A stretch of 64,000 bases of DNA, taken from assembly GCA_963809485.1 (NCBI GenBank), contig CAWEJX010000007.1, positions 32,001-96,000 on the forward strand, written 5' to 3'. Below are positions 10,548-19,359 of this stretch, piece by piece. The number at the start of each line of letters is the position of its first letter. Position 1 is the stretch's first letter. The stretch is from an uncultured Acidobacteriota bacterium (GTDB lineage Bacteria > Acidobacteriota > UBA6911). Below the pieces are notes generated by a model. It was not told the origin of the DNA, did not search any database, and saw only the letters and a list, made by a program, of their open reading frames with translations. A program made the translations under genes and the position numbers.

Positions 10548-11025
10548 GAGATCCTCCATGCTGCAAAGCCATGTGGCTTAGATATTTTTAAAATTGTAGC
10601 ATATTTAAAAATAACAGGATCCGGAGCAAGCCTTCCAAATTCAGAGCCCGGGTTGGCTGATTTCAGGCATAGTGAATGGATTCGTTTTAAGCAATGTATC
10701 GCCGGAAATTCAGTACCGCAATATATGGTTGATTGTGGAGCGAAACAGAGGCATTAATTACTTCTCTTCGGGCTTGGACCTGACCATTGTCCCGGTTCTG
10801 CAGGCATAAGGCAACGCCGCCCGCATCCGACCCGGGATTCAAGCCGGATTCCGGTTTTTGGGGCGATGACCTGGTATCGCTATTGGATGTTGGTTAATGC
10901 AAACCCTGCCGCCGAAGGCCTTGGGGGTAGGTCTTCCGGAAGGAAGGGGATATTCCGGGGGAATGATCTGGTTTTCATCGTCAACCCATTCAGGCCCGCG
11001 GACGATCGGTCGAAAGGAGCAACCT

Positions 11026-12624
11026 ATGAAACGCTTAAGTTTAGTAGTGCTGGTTTTTAGTCTATTCTGTATATCCGCCGCCATCTCTGCGGCGCAGTCC
11101 AATCCGCAGGCGCCGGCCTCGAGCGTCATCAGCAAGTCCACCAAAGCCATCGGCTACGATGTCGGGGGCGGTTCGACCAAAGTCAGCATGAAGGCAACGA
11201 GTTTGATGCCTCGAAGCTCCGGAGAGGCCAAGGTCGAAGCCAAAAAGGGAATCACCAATATCGAGCTCAAAATCCTTGGCCTGGACCAGCCAACCAGGCT
11301 GGGCACGGAGATGTTGACCTACGTGCTTTGGGCCGTGTCTCCCGACGGGCGCACAAGCAATATAGGCGAGCTTCTGATCGATAAAAACGGGAAGGGCGAA
11401 TTAAAAGCCACGACGCAGCTTCAGACATTCTCACTGATTGTCACAGCCGAGCCCTACTTCGCGGTTCGCAGGCCCAGCGAGCTTGTGGTGCTGGAGAATG
11501 AAGTGCTGAAGAAAACAGAGGGCAAGATTTTCCCGGTCAACGATTACCAACTGATGAAGCAAAACCAGTACAAGAAGATGGGCAATCCTCTGGCCCTGTC
11601 TCTGGATTTGAAGAATGTCCCCCTGGAGATGTATGAAGCGCGCAACGCGGTGGATATTGCAAAATCAAACCATGCAGATACGGACGCTTCCGAGATTTTC
11701 ACCAAAGCCGAAGCCAGCCTGAAAATGGCGGAAAATGCACTGACCCGAAAAGCCGATAAACAGGAAATTATCACCAGGGCGAGGGAAGCAGTCCAGTTTT
11801 CGGAAGACGCCCGAGCGCTTGCAGTCGAACGGCAGGAGGAAAAACTCATAGCGGCAGAGAAGGAAGCGGCAGCGGCGAAGGCCAAAGCGGCCGCCGAAGC
11901 CAAGGCGGCGGCGGAGGCGGCAGAAGCCAAACGAAAAGCTGATGAGGAGGCCCGCCGGCAAGCTGAATTGGCTGCGGCGAGGGAAGCTCAGATGAAGGCG
12001 GAAGCGGAAGCGGCGGCCCTGAAGGCCAAGGCAGAAGCCGACGCGGCGGCAGCCAAGGCTGAGGCAGAACAGGCGGCTCTAAAAGCCAAGGCCGAAACAG
12101 AACAGGCAGCCTTAAGAGCCCAGGAAGAAGCTGCCAAGGCGGAAGCCGACAAGGCCCGTCAAGAAGCGGAGAGAGCCGAGCGCGAAAAGCAGGAGCTTCG
12201 CGCCAAGCTTCTGGATCAGTTCAACCGCATCCTGGAAACAAAAGATACCCCGCGGGGGCTGGTAGTCACGATGGCCGACGTTTTATTCGACACCGGCAAG
12301 TATAATCTCCGGTCCGAAGCGCGCGAGAAGCTGGCCCGCCTCTCCGGCATAGTCCTGGCTCATCCCGGGCTCATCCTGCAGGTGGAGGGGCACACCGACA
12401 GTACAGGCGGCGACGAACTCAACCAGAAGCTGTCGGAACAGCGGGCCGAAGCCACCCGGGATTATCTGATTCAGCAGGGATTGGCTGCGGACAACATCAC
12501 CGCGGTCGGTTTCGGCAAAACCATGCCCGTGGCGGACAATAGCACAGCCGCCGGACGGCAGAAAAACCGGCGCGTCGAGATCATCGTCGGGGGAGAGGTG
12601 ATCGGGGCGAAAATCGGCCGATAG
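11026..12624 (+). CDS. OmpA-family protein with DUF4398-like and Ala/Glu-rich coiled-coil region
   Basis: AAGGAG RBS, signal peptide, LFDTGK..VEGHTDSTG..NQKLSEQRA..NRRVEI. Confidence 0.9.
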   Translation: MKRLSLVVLVFSLFCISAAISAAQSNPQAPASSVISKSTKAIGYDVGGGSTKVSMKATSLMPRSSGEAKVEAKKGITNIELKILGLDQPTRLGTEMLTYVLWAVSPDGRTSNIGELLIDKNGKGELKATTQLQTFSLIVTAEPYFAVRRPSELVVLENEVLKKTEGKIFPVNDYQLMKQNQYKKMGNPLALSLDLKNVPLEMYEARNAVDIAKSNHADTDASEIFTKAEASLKMAENALTRKADKQEIITRAREAVQFSEDARALAVERQEEKLIAAEKEAAAAKAKAAAEAKAAAEAAEAKRKADEEARRQAELAAAREAQMKAEAEAAALKAKAEADAAAAKAEAEQAALKAKAETEQAALRAQEEAAKAEADKARQEAERAEREKQELRAKLLDQFNRILETKDTPRGLVVTMADVLFDTGKYNLRSEAREKLARLSGIVLAHPGLILQVEGHTDSTGGDELNQKLSEQRAEATRDYLIQQGLAADNITAVGFGKTMPVADNSTAAGRQKNRRVEIIVGGEVIGAKIGR

Positions 12625-12659
12625 CAGGGGCATAATCCGCAAATGAAATGAACCCGGAT

Positions 12660-12833
12660 TATTGTACCAATTCGGCCCGCAGCACCGGACCGGCTCTCTT
12701 TGCGGGAGGCTGGGCATTGCAGCAACTCTGGCTCTTTTGGGTAGCGCCGATCATAGGCGCCGCTCTCGCGGGATTCGCCTATAGAGCCATAGCGTCTGAG
12801 CCCGCCGCGGCCGAAAAGGCCAAAGCGGCGTAA
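12660..12833 (+). pseudogene. aqpZ: Aquaporin Z C-terminal remnant
   Basis: (N)[34 protein letters not shown] matches the segment after the second NPA motif of AqpZ; the 5' three quarters are absent. Confidence 0.8.
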
Positions 12834-12973
12834 TTCTTATATCCGGGATCGGGATCCAGGCCGCGGACTGCGCGAAATTTGCATGCCATGTATATTTTGT
12901 GCAAACACGCGCCATCCGCGGCCTTTTTCTTGACAGACCCGAGAATTGTGACTTCACTGCGGCAAACGATCTG

Positions 12974-13798
12974 CTATTTCCTGCGGAAGCACCTGCAGAT
13001 GGAGAATACAGTCAGTCCTGCCAGCAACAGGCCTAAGGTAGCCGGTTCCGGCACGACAAGATCGCTCATATGCGGATATATGACAAAGGGAGGATAGTAA
13101 TCATAGGGCTCAACCGGCGGAGGTAATATCGGCAGATTGGTAGTGATGGGAGGAATTGCCGGAGCATCCAAGGGAGAAAATTCCTTTAGTTCCAATCCGG
13201 ACTCCGGCAGGATTTCCACTCTTGGTGGTTCGTATGGCTGAACAACCGCAATTTCAAAGATCGCGACATCCGGTTCTTCATCGGATACGGGCGCCTGGGG
13301 CAATACTGAGATTCTATTTCCACAGCGGGCGCGCGCAAAATCGCGGCCGTCAGTCATCAAGGCTTCCCCCTTGGCAACTTTGATGGTTTTCTTAGTCCAG
13401 AAAACCTTGTCCCCCAAACGATAGGAGACATGAACCATCTTGTCCGCCTCGGATCTTACAGCCCTGGCTTGATTGACAGCGAAATCGGCAAAATGATTGG
13501 CGACAACCCGGTCCTCGCCCATTCTGGCTGCCAGTTCCTGCCGGCTGTAGGCCCCTCCGGGTATTACGGAATAGGGGTAAACAACGCGTTCGTATTTCGC
13601 GGGCTGGAGCCCGGGAGCCGTTTCCGGGACTGTAATTGCGGGCGGAGCAGCGAGTCTCATCGATATGGGAAATTTTCTGAATCCTTCTGTAAACAAACAC
13701 CAGAGAAAGCAGACAGATGCGCCCACCAGGAAAAGCACGAGCACTTTGTGCTTTTGAAAAAAGTTCCGTCTTCTGGCTACCCTCTTCCGAACGTACAC
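12974..13798 (-). CDS. PEP-CTERM sorting-domain protein
   Basis: C-terminal VPEPATLGLLLAGLTVFSICRCFRRK; N-terminal TM segment; RARCGNRIS motif. Confidence 0.85.
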   Translation of the reverse strand: MYVRKRVARRRNFFQKHKVLVLFLVGASVCFLWCLFTEGFRKFPISMRLAAPPAITVPETAPGLQPAKYERVVYPYSVIPGGAYSRQELAARMGEDRVVANHFADFAVNQARAVRSEADKMVHVSYRLGDKVFWTKKTIKVAKGEALMTDGRDFARARCGNRISVLPQAPVSDEEPDVAIFEIAVVQPYEPPRVEILPESGLELKEFSPLDAPAIPPITTNLPILPPPVEPYDYYPPFVIYPHMSDLVVPEPATLGLLLAGLTVFSICRCFRRK

Positions 13799-14042
13799 CG
13801 CTTTCCTTGCCTCGGCCGTCGTACGGTTATAGGCCCCATAACCGTTGATTAAGCCTCAAATGGATGCAAACCCTGCCCCACCCATTCTTATTATTAAATA
13901 TCGGTAAGTTGCAGCAGGCAATCCAACAAAATCCGCAACAATCCCGTCCTTTTCCAAATAGCCTGGACGTTTAATTTATCTAATCTAGGGCCTGTCCCAT
14001 CCCGATAAGAATAGACATAACGACCAGACTAAGGGTTCGCGT

Positions 14043-14822
14043 ATGAGAGTTGGGCATTCACTCAAGGCGCTTGCAAAACTGCTTCTGGCTGCCGGTCTAT
14101 GCATTCCACCAGCCTGCCCATGGCTTTGTGCTCCTGGGTTCTGCGCTGAGGGGCTGGCCAACCCTGCAATCGCGCTGGACCCTGAACCGGAGCAGTCTCT
14201 GGAGCAGGAGTTGCTCACACTGACCAATCAAAAGAGAGCCGAGCAGGGGCTCCCGGCCTTGATCCCGGATGAGGCGCTTGTGCGGATTGCCCGCCAGCAT
14301 TCCATCGGCATGGCAGAACAAGGATTCATCAGCCACGAACTGCCATTTGGCGATCTCAGGACAAGAATGAGCCGGGCCGGCTACCCGCATCTGGTCGCCA
14401 GAGAAAATGTCGCAGTTGCCCCTACAGTTCTTAAAGCCCAAAATGCCCTGGTCGAGAGCCCCGGACATAAAAACAACATACTCGCCCGGGATGTTACGCG
14501 TGTGGGCATCGGCATCGCTCGGTGCAAGCCGCCATTCGAAAAAGAACTCTTTATCACCGAAATCTTTGCGGACCCGCGAGAGGAACTGCAGGCAGCCGCA
14601 TTGCAGAATCTTTATATGAACCAGGTCCAGGACTCTGCCCATCAAATGGGAGCCCATCAAATGGGAGCCCATCGAATGGGAGCCCAGCCAATCCGTTCAC
14701 CCGGACCCCAGAGAAGTTCTTTTACAATTTTTGACTTTGATTTGACATTGGCATTCCAGCACTCTGCTATAAATAATATAGGTCCAGACCCCGGAATGGT
14801 GCGGGTGAGGGAATCCTTCTAA
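14043..14822 (+). CDS. CAP (SCP/PR-1) domain secreted protein; C-terminus probably degenerate after the tandem repeat
   Basis: NQKRAEQGLPAL, ARQHSIGM, ENVA, SPGHKNNIL, VGIGIA. Confidence 0.8.
   Translation: MRVGHSLKALAKLLLAAGLCIPPACPWLCAPGFCAEGLANPAIALDPEPEQSLEQELLTLTNQKRAEQGLPALIPDEALVRIARQHSIGMAEQGFISHELPFGDLRTRMSRAGYPHLVARENVAVAPTVLKAQNALVESPGHKNNILARDVTRVGIGIARCKPPFEKELFITEIFADPREELQAAALQNLYMNQVQDSAHQMGAHQMGAHRMGAQPIRSPGPQRSSFTIFDFDLTLAFQHSAINNIGPDPGMVRVRESF
14637..14686. repeat. 15-bp tandem repeat x3.3 with palindromic units
   Basis: GCCCATCAAATGGGA x2, GCCCATCGAATGGGA, GCCCA; encodes AHQMG-AHQMG-AHRMG. Confidence 0.9.
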
Positions 14823-14853
14823 TAAAAGGATGCGCCACTTCCGGGGCGGATCC
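14781..14853 (+). ncRNA. Putative small structured RNA (unassigned)
   Basis: Extended -10 TGCTATAAAT at 14765-14774 and TTGACA at 14742; nested stems GGTCC/GGATC, CCCCGGAA/TTCCGGGG, TGGTGC/GCGCCA, ATCCTT/AAGGAT. Confidence 0.3.
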
Positions 14854-14901
14854 AATTACTCGCAAATCCCCTTCCGATTCCATATTTCGCGATTAAATAT
14901 C

Positions 14902-14935
14902 TTCCGGCAGAGCCGGAGGCTTTCCCATGGGAGTC
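14902..14935 (-). repeat. Degenerate end hairpin of the IS200-like element
   Basis: TTCCGGCAGAGCCGGAGGCTTTCCCATGGGAGTCA resembles CCCCCGGCAGAGCCGGGGGTTTACCAATGTAATTA. Confidence 0.5.
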
Positions 14936-15020
14936 AATTTGCCGGACTGCCGGGTGCCCGGCATATCCTCCTCTTCGCGCAGAAAAAAAACGGCGACACG
15001 GCCCGGCGCTTGTGCGTCCG

Positions 15021-15620
15021 CTACAGTTTGCCTTTGCCCTGCCTCACGAGGACAGGCTCTTCCTCTGTAAGGTCGATGATCGTCGAGGGCTCCAAACCTC
15101 CGGGTCCCGTATCAAGGAAAAGATCCACAATATGCGTGAAGGTTTTGGCGATTTCTTCCGGATCGCTGAGAAAACTCTGATCCTGCAGCGAAGCGCTTGT
15201 GCTGATGATGGGCCGTCCGAATTCGGCAAGCAACGCCTGGCATACCACATTGTCCGGCACCCGGATGCCTACGGTCTTTCTTTTTTCCAGCAGGATCCTG
15301 GGAACCTGTTTGGTGGCATTCAGAATGAACGTATAGGGACCCGGGAGGAGATGGCGCATGATCTTGTATGCGGAATTGGACACATACGCGTACTCCGAAA
15401 TGTGCTGAAGATCGGGGCAGATGAAGCTGAGCAGCTTGCGTTTGTCGTTTCCTTTGTTTTGATAAATCTTCTCGACAGCATTCTTGTTGAGAAGATCACA
15501 GCCCAGCCCATAAACGGAATCTGTAGGATAGATGAGAAGCCCGCCATTGCTCAGAACATCGGCCGCCATCTTCAGGTACCGGCCCTGCGGATTCTGCGGA
15601 TGAATTTGTAATCTTTTCAT
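15021..15620 (-). CDS. Sua5/YciO/YrdC-family protein (threonylcarbamoyl-AMP synthase-like)
   Basis: IHPQNPQGR, YPTDSVYGLGC, LPGPYTFIL, TVGIRVPD, ISTSA, EPSTIIDL. Confidence 0.9.
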   Translation of the reverse strand: MKRLQIHPQNPQGRYLKMAADVLSNGGLLIYPTDSVYGLGCDLLNKNAVEKIYQNKGNDKRKLLSFICPDLQHISEYAYVSNSAYKIMRHLLPGPYTFILNATKQVPRILLEKRKTVGIRVPDNVVCQALLAEFGRPIISTSASLQDQSFLSDPEEIAKTFTHIVDLFLDTGPGGLEPSTIIDLTEEEPVLVRQGKGKL

Positions 15621-15964
15621 AAGGGTCAATAGTTTAATCCAGGGGCCGCATTCCTGGCACTCACAAAATGGCATTTCAGGATTTCCGCCGCACAAAAATA
15701 TCACAGCACGGCCGATGTTGGACCGGCATTCTTCGGCATCCCGGGCACTTTTGTGATGTCGCATTCCAATCCGCCAGGGGCTTGGAGAATTGTCCTGAGG
15801 CCGCCGGTGCGTAAGACAGCCTGTGAATTCGCGATGAGCTGAACCGGCCGGCCTTCTCGTGACGGTGATGGGAAAGACTGCCGAAGTGCCCATTTCCCGT
15901 GTCTTACGCTTGGGGCCCATGCCCGCCTCCGGCACCCTGTGCAAAGGCTGCAGGAAAACGCCTG

Positions 15965-16612
15965 CTAATCGCCCTGCTTCCAGTCCCGGATGAAGTGCCG
16001 CTGGTCTTCAGTTTCCGGAGAGGCGATACGAGCATGGGCTTCATTGCGCCGGAGCTTCGCGATCAAGCGGATTGCATCCTGGCCGGACGCAATCCCATGC
16101 CGGACGAGCCAGCATCCCACGACCGTCCCTGTTCTCCCTATCCCTCCCAGGCAGTGGACGTATGCAGGAAAACCGCTGATGATGGCGCCGTCGACAGCGT
16201 CCAGGATCTCCTCCATCTCCGAACGCGATGGAGTGCTCAGGTCGGCGACCGGCATGCGGCGGCATATAATCCGGAAGCGTCTGCCTACGAATTGCGTGAG
16301 CAGATCCACGTACGGGATCAGGGGCTGGCCGAATAAATTGCGGTCTCCCTCCATGGTCAGATCCACAAAACATCGGATCCCCGCAGCAAGGAATGCGCGC
16401 AGCTTTTTTTCAGCTTCCGGAATAACCGGATCGCCCGGATAGGCGCCGGCCAGGAATCTTCCGGAAAGGACCCAGTAGGACCGGTCGAACGGCGTGGGCG
16501 CCGTCTCCAGGCTGGCGGCTTTGAGCACCTCTGCAGACAGGGAGCTTTCCCGGGCAGCGTCCCCTGCGGCCCGGCCCGAAAGGCATCCGCGATCGCCTTG
16601 CGCCGTATTCAT
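15965..16612 (-). CDS. Dual-specificity/protein-tyrosine phosphatase
   Basis: CX5R signature VHCLGGIGRTG. Confidence 0.88.
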   Translation of the reverse strand: MNTAQGDRGCLSGRAAGDAARESSLSAEVLKAASLETAPTPFDRSYWVLSGRFLAGAYPGDPVIPEAEKKLRAFLAAGIRCFVDLTMEGDRNLFGQPLIPYVDLLTQFVGRRFRIICRRMPVADLSTPSRSEMEEILDAVDGAIISGFPAYVHCLGGIGRTGTVVGCWLVRHGIASGQDAIRLIAKLRRNEAHARIASPETEDQRHFIRDWKQGD

Positions 16613-16789
16613 ATCGAATTTCCTATAGTATCAAAGAAAGGGGGAACCCCTGGCGTTTGTTCAACAGCTATTACTGCCGCAGCATCCGTTTTGTTTCATC
16701 CCTGACAAAATCCTGGGGCGCGGGAGTCCATCAACTTCCTGTTTGCATTTCCGCGGTGTTGTGCGGGATACTGAACCGGAGTGAACCTT

Positions 16790-17845
16790 ATGTCCGCGGA
16801 ACAGAAAACCGTACTCGTACTCTATAATCAAATCGAAAAGGACGAATACGAGGAATTGCGCCAGATCGATCCGGCGTCGCTCGACTTCACGCCGCATTAT
16901 ACCATTCACGTGGCAACCGTGCAGGAAGAGTACGACGCGATCGTGAATGCGCTGCGCCGGGAAGGCTTCGACGCAAACGGCGTCAATCTCAAAGATGACC
17001 TGGCCGAGCTTCTTGCGCGGCTCACCAGGAATCCTCCCGATGTCGTGTTCAACCTGGTCGAATTCTTTCACAACGATTTGAACCATGAATCAGCCATCGC
17101 GAGCTTCTATGACCTCTTCCGCGTGCGCTATACGGGCGCCTCGGCCTTCTGCCTCTCGCTGTGCAGACGCAAGGGATTGACAAAGCAGGTGCTGCTCCAA
17201 AGCGGAATGGCGACGCCGCATTTTCGAATACTCAAAGAACCGTCCATGGATCGCAGCCATGGCTTGCGCTATCCGCTGATTATCAAGCCGGCCCGCCAGG
17301 ATGGAAGCACGGGGGTGGACACCAATTCCGTCGTTTACGACTACACTCACCTGCGACCCCAGCTTGAAAACGTTTATGCCCGCTTCGGGGCACCGATACT
17401 CGTAGAGGAATTCATCCAGGGAAAAGAGCTGCATGTTTCGGTGCTGGGAAACAATCCGCCGGAGGTGCTGCCGGTCCTCGAATACGACTTTTCGGAGCTC
17501 CTCGAGGGCCATCCGCCTCTGATCACCTACGACGTGAAGTGGAATCCCCTTGCCGCGGCGTACCACCGGGTGCACTCGCGCTGCCCTGCCGAAATAGACG
17601 GCAGGACTGAAATGCTCGTAAGGGACCAAGCGCTCGCAGCTTACGCCGCCACCTATTGCCGCGATTACGCCCGTCTCGACCTGCGGCTGGGCAGCGACGG
17701 CGTGCCGTACATCCTGGAGGTGAACCCCAACCCGGATCTTACCGAAGGTGTTTCTTTCATGCAGTCCGCGGAGAAAGCCGGCCTCGGCTTTTCGGAGACG
17801 CTTCGCCGGATCGTCTCTTTTGCTTTCGACAGGGGAATGGAATAG
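16790..17845 (+). CDS. D-Ala-D-Ala ligase-like ATP-grasp protein
   Basis: PDVVFNLVE, YTGA, IIKPARQDGSTG, VEEFIQGKE, YARLDLR, EVNPNP. Confidence 0.88.
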   Translation: MSAEQKTVLVLYNQIEKDEYEELRQIDPASLDFTPHYTIHVATVQEEYDAIVNALRREGFDANGVNLKDDLAELLARLTRNPPDVVFNLVEFFHNDLNHESAIASFYDLFRVRYTGASAFCLSLCRRKGLTKQVLLQSGMATPHFRILKEPSMDRSHGLRYPLIIKPARQDGSTGVDTNSVVYDYTHLRPQLENVYARFGAPILVEEFIQGKELHVSVLGNNPPEVLPVLEYDFSELLEGHPPLITYDVKWNPLAAAYHRVHSRCPAEIDGRTEMLVRDQALAAYAATYCRDYARLDLRLGSDGVPYILEVNPNPDLTEGVSFMQSAEKAGLGFSETLRRIVSFAFDRGME

Positions 17846-18059
17846 CCTTTACGGGATTCCGCTCCAAGCGTCCGTTTGCGCGTCACTCGATTGAGCCGCT
17901 GATATGTGCCGGCATGAGCCCATGAGGTGCTTCCGATGCCGCAAGAGAGTGGTCCCTGTCTATGGGCACAACAGCAACCGATGAAAGATAAAATCAATTT
18001 CATGCGTCATAAATATTCCTGCAGCTTTGGGAGCCGCATAATATCGAATGACGAATTCC

Positions 18060-19162
18060 CCCTCACAACCTCCGGCCTGGTCTGCTTTGAGGCGGGGACA
18101 ACATCTCCGGCCAATGTAAACGTAGCCTGCGAAGGGGAACGTTACGGATACACGAAAAACAACGCCGGATTCGAGGCTGGATACCGGCTCACCCCCGGAA
18201 ACCGCCTGAGCGCAAACTACGATTACCTGGATATCAACCGCGACAGGTTCGACTCCGAGGAAACCGGGGAAAATAAGGTTTTCGTGCAATGGTCCAACAC
18301 GTCGCTGGATGCCTTGACAGCGCGCTTCAAATATCAATACACCCGCCGGCGGTCCGAATTCCTTACGGATAACGCCGGCTTCGACGCCAACTCCCCTTAC
18401 TACCTGGAGCGCTTCAACCGCTCCTTCGATGTCGCCAACCTGAATCAGCACCTCGTCAAGGCATACTTCGACTGGACGCCCGTGAAGTTCCTCGATTTCG
18501 GCTTTGAAGCCTACTACAAGAAAAACGATTACCAGGACTTCGTTCTGGGCAGGATGAACGACCACCGGAAGGAGTTCTACGGCAGCATCTCTTATGGCGA
18601 TCCGGAGAAATTCCGTTTAACCCTGTTCGGTGACATCGAGTTCATCAACTACGACTCGTACCATCGGACTGTCAACGCCGGCACATGCCCGCCAACCTCT
18701 CCCGACTGCTTTGATCCGAACACCCCTCCGACCACAACCGCGTTTAACTGGGGCGCGAAGCTCAAGGACAAAAACTGGACGGTGGAGTTCGGCGCCGACT
18801 GGCCGGTGATGGAAAAACTCATTCTCAGGGGTTCCGCGATTTACCAGGAGACCCGGGGCTGGGTGGATTTCCAGTCTCAGACGCTCGCGGATGGCACGCC
18901 GGCCGCCCTGTTGTATCCGATCAACGCTTACGACAACACTCAGCGCTGGTCGGTCAATCCGCGCGCCGTCATCAGCATCGTCCGGAATGTCGAGCTGACC
19001 TTGGGTTACGCGTTCGACAAGTACGATTACAAAGACACGCAATTGGAGGGGTACCAGTACACGATCGGCACGGGAACGACCACGAGCTATCTGAACGGCG
19101 TCTACGCGTTCCCCAACTACACGGCGCATATTGCATACGGCACGATGCGGTATCGCTTCTAG
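18060..19162 (+). pseudogene. MtrB/PioB-family outer-membrane beta-barrel, C-terminal half only
   Basis: Amphipathic aromatic beta-strands, RSFDVAN, YKKNDY..LGR, YLNGVYAFPNYTAH..YRF end; no signal peptide, upstream part of the ORF looks non-coding; start boundary approximate. Confidence 0.65.
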
Positions 19163-19188
19163 TTCGAACATCTTTGGGGGATTTCGAG

Positions 19189-19359
19189 GTTCAACCGCTC
19201 AAAGCGGTTGAAGGAGTTACGCTGGTCTTGAACGCTGACTTACGCGGGCAAAAGCCGATGAGGCGCTTCCGATCCCCGCCGAACAGATCGGCGTTTGTCA
19301 GCGTATCTCAGCGTTTCAAAATACGGAGCTGTCAACTCTATGAGACCCCCGGCAGAGCC
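19189..19359 (-). mobile_element. IS200-like non-autonomous element interrupted by the IS4 element (continues at 21743-21772)
   Basis: AACCGCTCAAAGCGGTT...GCAAAAGCCGATGAGGCGCTTCCGA...CCCCCGGCAGAGCC, resumes after the IS as GGCAGAGCCAGGGGTCTACCAAT. Confidence 0.8.

Noticed and set aside
13860-13890. sigma54 promoter upstream of the PEP-CTERM gene
   Set aside because: TGGGCAGGGTTTGCA does not give the required GG-N10-GC spacing
14637-14686. CRISPR array
   Set aside because: Repeats are 15 bp with no spacers; no cas genes or regular repeat-spacer pattern were seen in the window
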